Assembly: GCF_026210795.1 (NCBI RefSeq)
Contig: NC_089429.1
Coordinates: 7,874,001-7,938,000 of the forward strand
DNA length: 64,000 nucleotides
From: Rhizophagus irregularis
Lineage: Eukaryota
Direction of reading: 5' to 3'
Position 1 is the stretch's first letter. Every line of letters starts with the position of its first letter. The notes under the pieces are model-generated. The model was given only the letters and a program-made list of their open reading frames with translations, did no database searches and was not told the origin of the DNA. Shown piece after piece: positions 1 through 13,131 of this stretch. The position numbers and the translations under genes were made by a program.

Positions 1-1537
1 ATTCAACATACATTTATTTGATAACGTTATCTATCATTTATCTAAATGTGTATAAGGGTCTGAAATGTGTGACAGATTGCGCCGATTATACTGGTAATTG
101 GTGTATAAGGGTCTGAAATGTGTGACAGATTACGCCGATTATACTGGACTACTTAAAAGTTTGTAGCGCATCTTTACAAAAATGTCATGACATCATTAGC
201 GGCAGCGATTCCGATCGAATTTTACAAATTTTACAACAAAAACCCCCTTTGACGCTCTAAGTAAACTTGCAGAGCGGACAAAATTAGCATATATGCGTAA
301 TTCCAAAGGTTATTGTTAAGAAAATTGTCTGTGGCACATGTGCCGATCCGGCACACATTTTAAAGCAATTCAGTAAGATCACGTGACTAAAATTGAATCC
401 CTTTGTGTTTTTATGCAAACACAAATGCATACATAATTGACTATCAATAAGGAGATTGGTTTATAGGTTGATTTTGTAATAAAAGTTTATTTGGAAATTG
501 GGTCTGGTTATTTCTAAAATTGGCTGATTTCTTTATTTTCTTTATTTACAAGTTATTTAGTATATTTGTAATAAGATTTAAAATTTAAAAGAAATGCAAA
601 CGCGTAAATGCGTATTATTTGCTTTTTTTTTTCTTTAAAAATTTGAACTATTTTTCGAGTTAACCCTTTTTTATTGTTATCTCTTTTTTTTTATATTTTT
701 TGATAATTTTGAATAAAGTTTATATCAAGAACATAATTCATTTGAAATTGATAGTAAGCGTACCATTTCGCAAATAGAAATTGAAGAACAAAAAATGCTG
801 TATGGATCTGCATACTATAGATTTGAAACCACACCATGCCATACCATGCAAGTTTAAATAATACTTAAAATTTGCCACTAAAGTCACTATAAATTATTAG
901 ATTGTCGTGTTCTTATTCTCTTTTAATACAGTAGTAAAAGTAAAGAAGGTACAATAACATACAACTAAATAATACATGTATGCTAAGGGATTCAAAAAGA
1001 TAATAATATTTAATTAATTATAAATTTCATAACAAGTGGACGTTATTTTTTATTATTATTTCAAAAAGCCATGTTTTACTTGTATCTTTTAATTTCCTTT
1101 AAATAACTACATTTTTTGACGATTAAACTATTAAAGAAGAACTACGTTGACGATTATAGAAATAAACTTTTACGATATTATTTGATAAATAGGTATTATA
1201 TAAACGATTTAACTATTAAAGAATAACGATTATAGAAATAAAATTTTACGATATTATTTGATAAATATGCATTATATATTATTAAAAATAACATTGTAGA
1301 AATAAGAGAACAATTACGTCATTCACATATTTACGTGTAAAAAAAAGAAAAATTATTAAACCTTGAAAGATTTTTATTCATAAATTAACTGTAGGGTAAT
1401 TTCGTTTACTTGAAAACAAAAGAAAAAATCTTTAATAAAATAACTCTGATGACAACATAATAATACATAGATGATACATACTTCAGAATTTCTGAGCTTA
1501 AATCAAGGATGAGCTTAAGTGATGGATAAGATTAAGT

Positions 1538-1588
1538 GACGGACGAGTTTAAATGACGGACGAGTTTAAATGATGGACGAGTTTAAAT
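1538..1588 (+). repeat. 17-bp minisatellite GACGGACGAGTTTAAAT, 3 copies plus degenerate flanking units
   Basis: Units read directly; the paralogous site at 15177-15292 has about 7 copies. Confidence 0.9.
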
Positions 1589-3430
1589 TTAAATGACTGA
1601 GTAAAATAAATGAATGAATAGTTTACATAACGGATGAATTTAAATGACGGATAAGCTTATAATGACTTAAATGATGAATGATGGGGGAGTTTATAAAAAA
1701 TAAGTTGGGAGAGAGACAGTTTATATAACAAAACGAACAATACGTTTATTTATCGTTTCGGATCCGTACGGGAGATCAATATAACACAAAAATCAACGAA
1801 CATCAATTAAAACACAGAAAGCATGCTCCACCAAAACACAAACATAGAAATAAAGTATTTTTACACGTCTTTTTGACATCACTTTCATTCAAAGACACAT
1901 ATTCGTTTGAAATTATGACATAATACCACAAATCACATTAATTCTTGAATCATCAGGATTTTAATGGCGCGAACAGAATATTCATGACATGAAGTTTGAC
2001 TCAATGAAGCAGTTGGGTTAAATAAATATTGTGATTATCGGAACTACAGTTCGAGAAGCGCGAGTTTAATATTAGTCATGGGATTATAGTTTATTTTATT
2101 ACTTGATTTTAGCAATGTTTAACCGTATCCACATATTTATGTGTCGATCCAAGATTGAATCTCACGATTAGATAATATGTTTATATATAATTAATATGTT
2201 TGTATATAATCATGAGTTATATAATCATGAGTTATAAAGTTGCACCGATTACGCCAATGAACAATATTTGGTCGCAAATTTTTTATGTTTTGGATATTTT
2301 ACATTACAAATATTCATAATAGAAAAAGATTGTATATTTTCTGTATTTTATTTCTCATGGGCGACACACATTCATGGAATTGGGCACATTACATCTATTA
2401 TTGTTATAAAATAATAATAAACTTTAAATTTCAAAACAAGTTTTTGTTTTTTTTATTCTTCTTCAGCCTTTCTTTTTGATTCCTGTTGATGTAACAAATT
2501 ATTTTTCCATCGCAACCTTTTTTGTATTACATAATTCAAATTAAAATTCAGAATAAAGCAAACAAGTTGTTTTATCAATCCTTTTCTTCGTGATGATAAA
2601 CAAAAAAAAAGATAAACTAGAATGATAAGAAAATTATGCTTCAATTTGTTCATATTTATTATCAAGGGTACTCGACAGGGACCCGAAACAGGTCAGACCA
2701 AAATAGGTATAATCTATTGATTTTCGAATTTTCCGCGTGGGGAAATCCAAGGTTTTTATACGTCCCAACAAAAATAAATATAATTTGAATAAACAAAAAA
2801 TTAGTAAGCCAGTATTCCCTAAAAAATAAGCTATGAAAACAATTTTAGAGAATGTACATACAAATAAAATGAAATACAGTTAGTTTAATCACGCTATACT
2901 CAACTCATTACCGGTCACATACCCCTTTATTAGAATGGTCCGTCTCTTTAGTCACACCATAGTATTCAAACAAAAAAAAATTTTTAAAGAAATAAATTCC
3001 GATAGTCGACAGTTAAAATTCTTGACGCCAAAGTTTTTTTTTTATAAATTTTATAAATTTCCAATTAAACAATAATTTTAAAAATACAGAGGCGCAGTAT
3101 CAGGTCTTAATTTATCCCAGGTAATTAAAATATAATTTGTAGTATTAACGCAAAATATTTGTAAATTTTATCAATACCAATGCAAATTGTTTGCAAATTT
3201 TATTAATATTACCGGTAATGCAAATTAACTAACGTTACTATATTATTAATGAAATTAAAAGGAAATTTTTTTTATTTTAACTAAAAGGACTATGTAATAA
3301 TTATCAACAGACTGTTCATATTCATTTGAAATAATTTTTTTTTTTTATCTACTGTCTTTCTTGATACTATAATCCCAAATTTGCAAGTATATCAATAAAA
3401 GCAGCTGATGCTCCAGAAGTTTGTAATTAT

Positions 3431-3579
3431 GGGTCTAAATCGCGACGGGTCAAAATCCCGAATGGGTCAAAATCCCGACAGTTGGCCTGCATTATGCAGA
3501 GTTATGCAGAATTATGCGGAATCACGTGAATTTTGACCAGCATTAGAATTCGAGATTTTGACCCGTCGCGATTTTGACC
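3431..3579. mobile_element. MITE (~150 bp) with ~32-bp terminal inverted repeats
   Basis: Left GGTCTAAATCGCGACGGGTCAAAATCCCGAAT; right end reverse-complements to GGTCAAAATCGCGACGGGTCAAAATCTCGAAT. Confidence 0.8.
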
Positions 3580-3643
3580 GGATACCTTTTCAAACAATAA
3601 AAATAATTATTTTATGTCGATGTTTGTATTACCATCTTTAGAC

Positions 3644-3962
3644 GCAAATATATCAAGATTCACTGATCCGTTTTCTATAATTTTAGGCTCATTGGAAAGC
3701 CCTTGTTCCGGACTTTATAGGCGAAAAAAGAGCTCGCCGATTGAATTATTAGATCCGGAGATATTTACGTTTTAAATTGAGGTACGAATTTTTTAACATG
3801 CTTAAATGCAAATATCTTTGGATCCACTGATCCGTTTTTTATAAATTTAGGCTCTTTGGAAAGCACTTGATCTGGACTATATGAGCGAAAAAAGAGCTTG
3901 CCGATTGGATCATTGGATCTGGAGATATTTACGTTTAAAGTTGAAATACGAATTTTCAACAT
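3644..3962 (+). repeat. Two diverged tandem copies of a ~164-bp unit
   Basis: GCAAATAT...CACTGATCCGTTTT...TTGGAAAGC...GCGAAAAAAGAGCT...GGAGATATTTACGTTT starts at 3644 and again at 3808. Confidence 0.85.
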
Positions 3963-4109
3963 ATATAGTAAGTGCTAAGAATTATATTAATTTAAAAGAA
4001 ATATTTACCAAATTATAGTATAATAACATTAAATAAAATTTTTTAATACTCACCCCAATTTACTGTATATTATATTAAATGTAACAAAATCAATATTTTA
4101 ATTAAAGGT

Positions 4110-4800
4110 GGACAAATCAGCCCATATGGTATTTATTATTAATACTAGCTAAAAAATAACATAAAGAAACTAATTTCTTCTTATTATTATTATTAGTTTT
4201 TTCTGATTTACTAGCAGAATTAGTTCCTTCATATAGTTCATCAAAAAATCCAATTAAATCTGCACTAGTTTTAATGTATTTTTAAATTCATTAGAATCAT
4301 AAATTGGCTTTTGATTTAATAATCTTTGATTTTTATAAAGTATGTTAGACATTTTTTAATTTTATTACTTAAACTAATTTTATCTGAAACTGTTAATTAT
4401 GCTATAATTTCTTGATAATCTGATTCAAATTGTTTTAATTCTTCTCCATTATATAAAATATCTTTTCTAAATGAATAAGTATGATTTTCTATTTTTAATA
4501 TATTATCATCATCATTTTTTTTGAGGATTGGTGCATTATATTCTTTTAATGTATTATAATCAGGATCTTTATCTGTTTTTTTCTACATAAACTACAGATT
4601 TTATCATTTTCATCTAATTGTAAAATTGAAATTAATCTTTTTGAAACTTTTTCAAGATTAAGATTTTTTGATTTTTGATTTAAATTTTTTGATTGATTTC
4701 TATATTCATTATGCTTTGGATAAGAACAAATTTTATTGTATTCAAGTAGCTTATAAGCTTCATTAATAATAAATTTATTATAATGCGGTGTGTTTGGCAT
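4110..4800 (-). pseudogene. Degenerate repeat/transposon-associated protein fragment
   Basis: Frameshifted pieces ICSYPKHNEY...KICSLCRKK and ADLIGFFDELYEGTNSASKSEKTNNNNKKKLVSLCYFLASINNKY resemble a multicopy Glomeromycotina hypothetical family. Absent from duplication copy 2. Confidence 0.5.
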
Positions 4801-4991
4801 AATTTTATACCAACTAAAATAGATTCTTTTTTTGTTATTAGAATTTTTATATTATTAGTAATTTGTCCAATTATTCCTTTACAATCAGTAGAATTAAATT
4901 GGAAAACATGAATAGATTCTGTTGTGGCAGGCTGTGTACTTTATATGTCAGAAAAAAACCAAGAGTTAGAGCTTCATCCAACAATCTATTA

Positions 4992-5131
4992 CCATACCAT
5001 TCCGAAATTAAACAATCCCTGAAAATAAGCAACTCCGGCCAGCATTATAACGATTTTGACCAGAATTATGACGACTTTGGCCGGAATTAAGTTCAAAAAA
5101 ATGGTTGTTTAATAATTTCGGAATGGTACAG
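4992..5131. mobile_element. Tc1/mariner (pogo-like) MITE with TA target site
   Basis: TIR CCATACCATTCCGAAATTAAACAA vs right end rc CTGTACCATTCCGAAATTA; TA on both sides. Paralog at 17873-18007. Confidence 0.8.
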
Positions 5132-5149
5132 TATATAGGGATACAGTGA

Positions 5150-5742
5150 ACAGGGCGGACATACCTTATATCACATGTTGATCATTTGCCGATCATAACA
5201 TATGACTGATTTTGAAACTTTATTCCAGGCCATAAATATTCAAAAAAATTATTCTAAATTGGTTTATTTAATAGTTTAATATATTAATAATTTAGATATA
5301 TTAATAATTTAGTATAAAAATTTTGTGGCAAAATAAAATGTGGTTCCAAAATAAGCTTTAGGCCAAAATTTTCAATAATTCATATATGTGCCGATCATCT
5401 GCTAATTTGACTTGAAGCTTTGGGCCAAACTAGAAACTTTCAAAATACATTATTTAGGTATTCAAGAATTAGTGACAAAAATAATTATAAAAAATTTTAA
5501 ATAATCAAAAAGTTAGCATTAAATAAATACTTGCTATTGTATTATAATAATTTATGTAATAAATGTAAGTTTTCAAAACATTATTTCTCAATCAATTTTA
5601 CATGAACATAGTTAAATAAAAATCATTTTGGTTTTTAATATACATAATCGTATTTTTTTTATGAGATAATATCGAATAGATAATTGAAATGATTGGCAAA
5701 ATGATCGACAATAATGTGATAATATAAGGATGTCCGCCCTCT
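5150..5742. mobile_element. Non-autonomous TIR element (593 bp) with 8-bp TSD, hAT-like
   Basis: Imperfect ~50-bp TIRs A(C/G)AGGGCGGACAT..CCTTATA..TCACA; TSD TACAGTGA at 5142-5149 and 5743-5750. The paralogous site at ~18016-18022 is empty, with a single ACAGTGA. Confidence 0.85.
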
Positions 5743-7889
5743 TACAGTGAGGATTAACGTACATACACGCTGGTCTTACGTACTTGTGAACTGAAAGTCT
5801 TGTGAGCATTTCATAATAGTTCCGGTTAGATTCTTTTTAGATCTAGACGATCGTTTTTTCTTTTTTCTTTAGGTATGTCGTCAAACGGGATTAGTCTGAT
5901 TTCTTGCTTCTTTTAGGTTAAGTATTGATTAACTGGTGATTTAGGCAAATCCATAGTCGTAAATTTATTCTTTATTATATTACCTATAATTTTAAACATT
6001 TTCGATTTTTATGCATTTGATAAAGTTCATTACTTAACCGCAAATAATAATAAATTATTACAAAGAAAATACAATAGTGAAATGAAACTATGAAGATTAT
6101 GAATTATTTGTGCCTGAGAGTCTAGATTTTTTTTAAAAAAAGGATCATATGCGTGACCGTGCAATGTTACTTTAGAGCTTTAGAGATGGTATCGTCTCGA
6201 GCCGATTCCAAATTTAGTATTTACTAAGCTTGTCTCGACTCCGAACAGGCTCCAACGAGCCAGCTCAAATTGAAATTAAGATAGCTTATAGATCAAACCC
6301 AAATTAAAAAATTTATTTTGTTACGTTGATCAACTTTCGTATGTTCTACATACAAATGTAACTTGAAGCTCCTATTTTTAATCCTTAAGGACGGCTGGGA
6401 CGCCGAGCTGAAAGAACCAACCATCCCTACTATAATTTGACACCAAAATATTATTTAAGAGTAATCATGCTTATGAAAGATTTTTATTTATTTATTCATT
6501 CTATCAAAACCATATTATAATCATAAAATTAGGTACGGTATATTAAATGTTAATTATAATATTTACATTTTTGTTTTTGTACCGAAGGAAAAAATTAGCG
6601 TTTCGTGCAACATCAATTTTATGATTAATTAAACTCATCGAATATACTGGCAAGGCGGAGTAAAGATCAATAGGAACTGAATGGACCCATTTCAAGACTA
6701 AATATGCTGAGAAAGGCGAAAAAACTTACTCTTTTTAGGGGGATCAAGGAATATATAAATATTATAGTATAAAATGTCTAACCTAATAAAACTACTGATT
6801 GTTATCTAATAACAACAAATGGTACAACCCCAAAAATTTCCCCTGAATGCAGTAACCGGCCAGAATTACAAATTTATATATTATTACGTGATATAATTTT
6901 TATCCTAGGAACAATGAAAATGTTCGATGCATCGCGTATTGCATCAATTTTGATAGCGTGCGATATTGTAACGATATATCATCCAAATTAATTTAAACAG
7001 TGACCTGAATATCACCAATTTTTTTTCAATTGCTATATAGATTGACCATTTATTTAAGATTAGTATTAAAATATATAATTTTACTGATCGGATGAAAAAA
7101 AGAATATATATACAGTATATTATCTACACTCTACAGTACACCAACACAATTGAATCCCTGAATTCTTCAAATTCTTCAGCAGAATTTAACGCGTTTTCCC
7201 TTGTGAATAAAAATTTTCAAATTAAGAGAATTCTATAGTTACAATACAAATTTTTTTTTAGGAGAAAAGTCAATTTTTTTAAATATTTATTTGCATTAAA
7301 AAAAAGGTTACCTTTTTTCAAAGGAGGGAAGAATAAAAAGTCAAGTACTTGAAATTCCACATTTCCAACTTTCGAAAGTGTTATTTCCAAGGATATTACC
7401 ATATTTTATTTGAATGATCGAACAAATCACGATCAAATTTTATGATAGATCCAATAAGCTAGTTCTGATGCAAAAATGATGTTATATGGTGCCACCATAT
7501 ATGTCTATCAATTTTGCAGTTCTGATCAGTTGCATTTTTCGGTTTGTGTAATATATGAAATATCCGCGTGTTTCACTATTTTATTTTGCATATGACGAAT
7601 TGTCGTAATACAGCAAAAATCACGTGACAGACCCAAAAGATCCAAAGATTCCGTCGTAGGTCGTAACAAAAGGTTAAGAAATTTTAATATAATCATAAGT
7701 TTCTAACAAATTAAAAATTTTAATTCGATACATTATTTCAGGTTCTGAAGACATGATACAACTTTTAATTAAGAAGGATTTTAGGTACGAAGAAATTATT
7801 GAAACCATGAAATTTATAAATTAATTAATTCTTAAAAAATTTTATCATTAGATCAATATTATAGATTAAATTACTACATGATTAGGCTA

Positions 7890-8209
7890 AATTAAACAGG
7901 ATTTTACCTTCAAATTAAACGCTAACAAATTATTTTGTAAAGCTTTTAGTCTAATTAATTATTTAAAAATTCACTATTTTTTAATAGATAATAATAATAT
8001 TCCTACTTATTTCACACGTTATAACGCCAATCGTCAAACCTCCGTTACATGTACAAGAAAAAAAACATAGATTTCACACACACTCCTAGCAAGAATCCAC
8101 GTACACGCCGTAACTCAAAAAAAAAAAACGATTCCAACGAGCGTGTAAAAGAATTTTCAAACCTGGGAAACCTAACGAATCTACGACTTTCTCCTTGTTC
8201 ATCGTCCAT
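7890..8209 (-). pseudogene. Argonaute-like 5' fragment (relic C)
   Basis: MDDEQGESRRFVRFP.. followed by FF(E)VTT and, in the paralog, EIYEF..VTEV, resembling the fungal AGO start FVxRPG..NFFEV..IxHYDV. Start context and GTAGGAATA donor match relic A at 13131. Confidence 0.45.
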
Positions 8210-8477
8210 TTTTTCAATTTGGTATATGCAACATCCTGCCACTATCAGTCCATTACCGATACATTTCCTAGTAGCAAACAAGATCCTCTTATTATTATTA
8301 TTTATTTTACTAATTTTATTTGCTAATTAATTTAATTTAAATACACTATTTTAGTCATAAAAATTCGCGTGAATTTTTTCTTATTGATTTCTTTTGCATT
8401 GATTGTATGGTTTTTTTATAAACTCTTACGTGTTTAAACACGTCCTTGATAAAATAATGTATTCTTTTATGCAGATT

Positions 8478-10200
8478 AAGTCCTCACATAATAAAATTCT
8501 CGTTGCATCTTTTCTTTGGGCGAAGTATCGAAATGTGAGTCTAACTACTCTATCTACTCTATGATCTTCTAGGTTTCGATACTGATTCAATCCCATTCAA
8601 CAATTGAATTACTATAATCTCCCATGATTACTTTCTTATGCTATACCTTGTAAAGATTCTTTGATGTGTTTAGTAATTACTATCTCATGTTCGCTGATGT
8701 CGAGAAAAATATATTACCAAAAAAGCGTACGTTCTATATAGTACGTCCAGATCCTTTGTTTTTTTCCGATATGATGTTCCAGCAAATAGGCACTTTCATG
8801 ATCTGATCGGAAGACCACATTTGTTTAATGAATCTAGTATTCTATAGGTGACGTGACGGTATTTGTTGCATCAATTTATCTTCTTTCTTTTCAGTGATTG
8901 AGTATTTGTTGTGAATGGCTTTAATACTTTGGTGCTTAAAAGTAAACGGATATCATTAATGATGTCCTTCCATGAATTTAGATACAGCGATACAGCGATG
9001 ATCTGAATTATTAGTGATCGTTGCTGTTGTCATGGATTGATTTTGTGAGTGAATTTCATGTGAAGAAATATTTTACCTTGTTGTACACTATGCGACCTCG
9101 TCAAATCTCTCCAGATTATTTACAATAATCTTAAATGTTTATTTCCTCTCTAGAATCTCCTTGTAATTAGAATTATTATAAACCTCCCTTCAACTCATAT
9201 TTTCACCATCTCTCCTAGCTACATAAGATAAAAAAAATATATATACATCAAAAAATAATTCTCGGTACACACCAAACACTCTTGATCTCAGATTTGGGTA
9301 GGGCCTTACATAGGCATTTAACGCTTTTATCAAATCCTTTTTCTATACCGGTAACATAGTAACTCAGCTTGCACTCCATAGGGGAATACGATCCTTAATT
9401 CCTTATCTATGGCTAGGAAGACGGCAATTCTTTTTAGGGAGATTTGGAAAATTATATAGATTGCATGTTATAATGGTCTTTTTCTTTTCCTTTAGCTTAG
9501 AATTTCGTTTTTTCACAGTTGTAATTTTTCTTTGTTTCCAGTAAAATAAAATAACAATTCGTCTCCATTGAGCAATATACACTTCTCTGTTGTAAAGCAT
9601 ATTTTTTTCTAATTGTATATAATTAGAGCAGTTTCTGCTATTTCTCTCAAATTTCCAGGTCTATATTTATAGTTAACCTTCTTATACAGACGTGGTATGA
9701 CTGCATCTGTTCAATCGCTACATAACAGTGATATTAACATGGATAATCTTCAAACTTACTGAATGGAAAACGTATATCAATTTTTAAAATGTTCCCACCA
9801 AATGTTTCAATTATTAAACTTTCAATACTACTTGGTAAAATTAAATTAATATAGAAATAAAAACAATGTTTCTTAGATATGATATATCTCGCCATACGAG
9901 TTTTTTCCTTCAGTTCTCAATTACCAATTGTTTACTTGTTAATTTGTGAAGCATTTTAGATGATTTTAGCGAGTCAGAATCTGGATTTGTTTTGTCCGGT
10001 CGTTTCACAAAAGTGTTAGATTCTGTACCATGAAGCCAAGCTGGAAGCAAAGGTTATGTGCAAAATATCACACCTATACCACCAACTCCACCATCCCAGA
10101 ATATTTTCTGATGAATCATCATAAATGTAAAAAGTGTCCTAATTATCACCATTACGAATTCGTTCAAGTGAGGTAATAGTTTTATTAAATAATTGGCTCA
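8478..10200 (-). pseudogene. Degenerate Argonaute-like gene (relic B; L1-PAZ-PIWI-like remnants)
   Basis: Ordered frameshifted motifs FGGNILKI..FHSV (cf. LGGGxEVWxGFHQS), ITTV...LYNFPNLP...SYSPME (PAZ: TV..YF..LxYPxLP..YLPME), RHL*NTRF...AGT...TSKNLYKV (PIWI: KRHHTRF..PGT..GTSRPxHYxV). Many stop codons. Confidence 0.55.
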
Positions 10201-10824
10201 ATTTAATCTATTAAAATAAATATTAATTAAAATCAAAAATTAAAATCAAATATTATTTAACTCTTAAATGTATTTAATTGTTAATTAAATAATGAAATAA
10301 TTACCAAAATAAATAAAGAGTCCTTAGCTGCATTATCTAATATGATTTAAACGTTATCGAAAAATGTTATATGCTGCAACAACTTAACAATCTATTTTTT
10401 AAATCTTGGCGGTTGATAGTTAAGGAAAACTAGAGATTAAGTCAGATGTTAAGAGGTCACGGCACTTCCTATTGTCTTCCTAGCATGTTTAGGATCCCAA
10501 ACATATGCTAAAGAACCAAGTTATTTATAAAAAAGGAACATTAAGTTATTTTTTGTATTGAAAGTATTGGAATGAAATTGGTGAAAATTGATAGATGATG
10601 TCAGATCAAATTCTATGATAACCATGATAACCATTCAAGTTGGTGACACACACGGCAAATCCAATCCAAGTTGATAAGAATAAAGGTGCACGCGCTAATT
10701 TGATAACCCGTGGTTTTTTCTTCGCGCCTTTTTTTTCCCACCTTTAAAATAGGATATATTCATATAAGTGTTGTTTCTCCGCAATATTTGTTTTCCACCT
10801 TAAAATAGGGTATATTCGAATATT

Positions 10825-11450
10825 ATGAAAAGTCTAATAAAAAAAGAGGGATTTTTATATGTAATTATTTTTAGTGCCGTAATTTTTTAGTTGGTGCTTT
10901 TGTTCAAGCTAGTCAGTTGCTTTAGCAGGTGCGGAAACATTATTATGATGCTTTTCATGTATGAAAAGACGGCTTTTGGTGGCAGATGATTCAAGGAAAT
11001 GATGAAAGTTATAAATAAATCAAACTTTTCATAATTATGAATAAGCAAATTTATAATTCTACTAATAATTCCAATTTAGACAACGAACTTGGTCTTCAAA
11101 ACTAAGAAAACTTTACTTCAATCTACTACTTAACCATCACATGTCAATCAACACGGCTAATATTAACAACCAAGAAATAGCGTAAGCGCTCTGATACAAA
11201 TTTGATGTAAATAAGAATGATGATTATATCCGATGGAAATTGATGATGAAACATCATCTTGAAGAAACCTGGGTGTTTACCAAGCAATAACCAGAAAACG
11301 TTCAAAAACAAAGAGGCTTTCGTCTTTCAAGAAAACGAAACGCACGACGAAAAAGTATTGGGAAGGAAAATAATAAATATCAAGATAGTTCTCTGCGGTG
11401 ATCATGTGAAAGTTGAAGAAATGGTTTGTCTAGTAGGACTATTTAAATAA
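10825..11450 (+). pseudogene. Degenerate MIR/beta-trefoil-like protein remnant
   Basis: Fragments NNQEI, DDYIRWKL and THDEKV..IGKENNKYQ..VLC..EMVCLVGLFK resemble the end of the expanded Glomeromycotina MIR-motif proteins (LRSHD..IG...YQEVVC....EWCIELIK). Frameshifts present. Confidence 0.35.
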
Positions 11451-11599
11451 GCTAGTCCGATTACTCTAGAATCAAAAAATATCTTTTGTTCATCTTATTA
11501 CAAATACTCAAGGATACAAGTGATGAGCTTTAATGCTAGTGAAACTCAAGTAAAAAAAAAATAATTAGAGTCCGTTATCAAAGTTGAACAAAAATAACT

Positions 11600-13131
11600 T
11601 GATTACTGGTTTTTCCAACGATATAGCTTTAAGTAAAGATCATGCAAATGGGGTACAAGAAAGAAATACTTATCTTGATGGCGTAAGTCGATGATATGAT
11701 CTATTTTAATAAGCGGTATTCGGACTGGCAGTTATGTCGATACAGAATAATACTTATTGGACGAGTAGTTCGTACTTGAGTTGGATAGGTCGAGATTGAA
11801 CGGGATGAATAAGTAGAGATGTTTAAATTCTCATCTGATTATTATTCATGAGTAATTGCATTTATCGGTACATGTTGATATTAATTCGTGCCTCGTTTTT
11901 TTGGCATATCTTGTACCTTCTCGCGAATCTTAAAGATCTCTTAGTAAGTCATATACTCGTCTTTTCTTAAATATATATCTCATCTTAATTTATTAATAAA
12001 TGTCTTGTGTGTTTATATAAGCAGCATATATTTCCTATCCTAAAGAAACAATAGGTGATATTTATTCTTCAAGTACATCTAATGGAGCTGCACCAGTTGC
12101 TACCGTTGCAGAATGCAGATCTAATATTTCTTCATAAATTTTATAAGTTTTTAATTAACTTTACCTCGAAAATTATAGCAATTTTTATTATTTTAAAATT
12201 AAATTGTATAATAATCCGGTTTTCCTATTTTTATCTTATAAATAAAAATTTATTATGAAATTTTAATTATATTTTAAACATATGTATCCTAAAAGTTTCA
12301 CGCGATGCAGATGCATTCATTATTTACAAGTCGGTAAAAAATTTATTATCCCGATGTAATCTTTTCACACAATAAAATAATATAATTGATATTTCTGACG
12401 ATTTGATCTAATCGATAATAATTTGATCTATGATAAGTCTACTACAAAGTGATCAAATTTGTAAATTTCATGCTTCATCAATTCCATCTAGTCCGACGCT
12501 TATTATACCAATCTCGTAATTCTAAAACTTTTTCGTGCCAATAGAAACATAAATGATTAAACTACCCACTAATTAATAAGCTACACCTAATCCTCAAAGC
12601 CACAAGCGACTAGTTCCCTTTGAAGTAAATACTGTAAATTTTGTTTATCGAAAACTCAAAATGTGAAAACCATAATATATTTTCAACTTGATCGATGCAT
12701 AATCGTACAAAGGATACTCCTATAAAATAAACAAATATTTAAAATACTTAAAGAATACATGTTCATATATATTACCTTACGAGAGGATCATTCTTTTGTA
12801 TCTAGCAATTACTTGGAAACGGAAAGGAACATCATTTTTCTATAGATTCACATGCCAGTATAAACACTTGATGCTACAATTGTAACCAAACCCTAAACAT
12901 ATTGTAAAATATTTTACATCGATTATCAAATGGTGTTGACTTTGGTTCGTAGTATATGCAATCTTACTGCCTTCCTATAACAAGGATCTAATGCATTCCC
13001 ATTTTTGTTAAGCTAAAATTATAATTATAAAATTTAATTAATTAAAAAATGGATAATCATATTATTCCTACTTATTTCACGCATTTTACGCTAGTCTTCA
13101 AATTTCTAATTCAGATCTTGTTCATCGCCAT
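11600..13131 (-). pseudogene. Degenerate, internally deleted Argonaute-like gene (relic A; N-L1...PIWI)
   Basis: Ordered motifs DPCY/EGSKIAYTTNQ (N: PVxDGxKNxYT), MFRVWLQ/VASSV, KIYYGFH and FTVFTSKG (L1), YIFKKRR, AITHE, HLYLF, QVRTTRPISIILY (PIWI: GTSRPxHYxVLY), TYAIKISIS (YAR..SVS). GT-AG introns at ~13013-13071 and ~12721-12775. Confidence 0.6.

Larger units (their letters stand above)
1..10030 (+). repeat. Segmental duplication, copy 1 (paralogous to 13835-28590)
   Basis: Co-linear near-identical blocks: 1-2985 vs 13835-16705, 4930-5149 vs 17815-18022, 7040-7876 vs 18216-19209, 7884-9870 vs 26518-28568, and 10006-10022 vs 28571-28587. The left end probably lies outside the window. Confidence 0.95.

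Noticed and set aside
2453..2665. Possible small secreted protein (MNKLKHNFLIILVYLFFC..), paralog at 15987-16292
   Set aside because: The frame differs between the two copies after ~50 codons, the hydrophobicity is explained by T-rich DNA, and no motif is recognisable.
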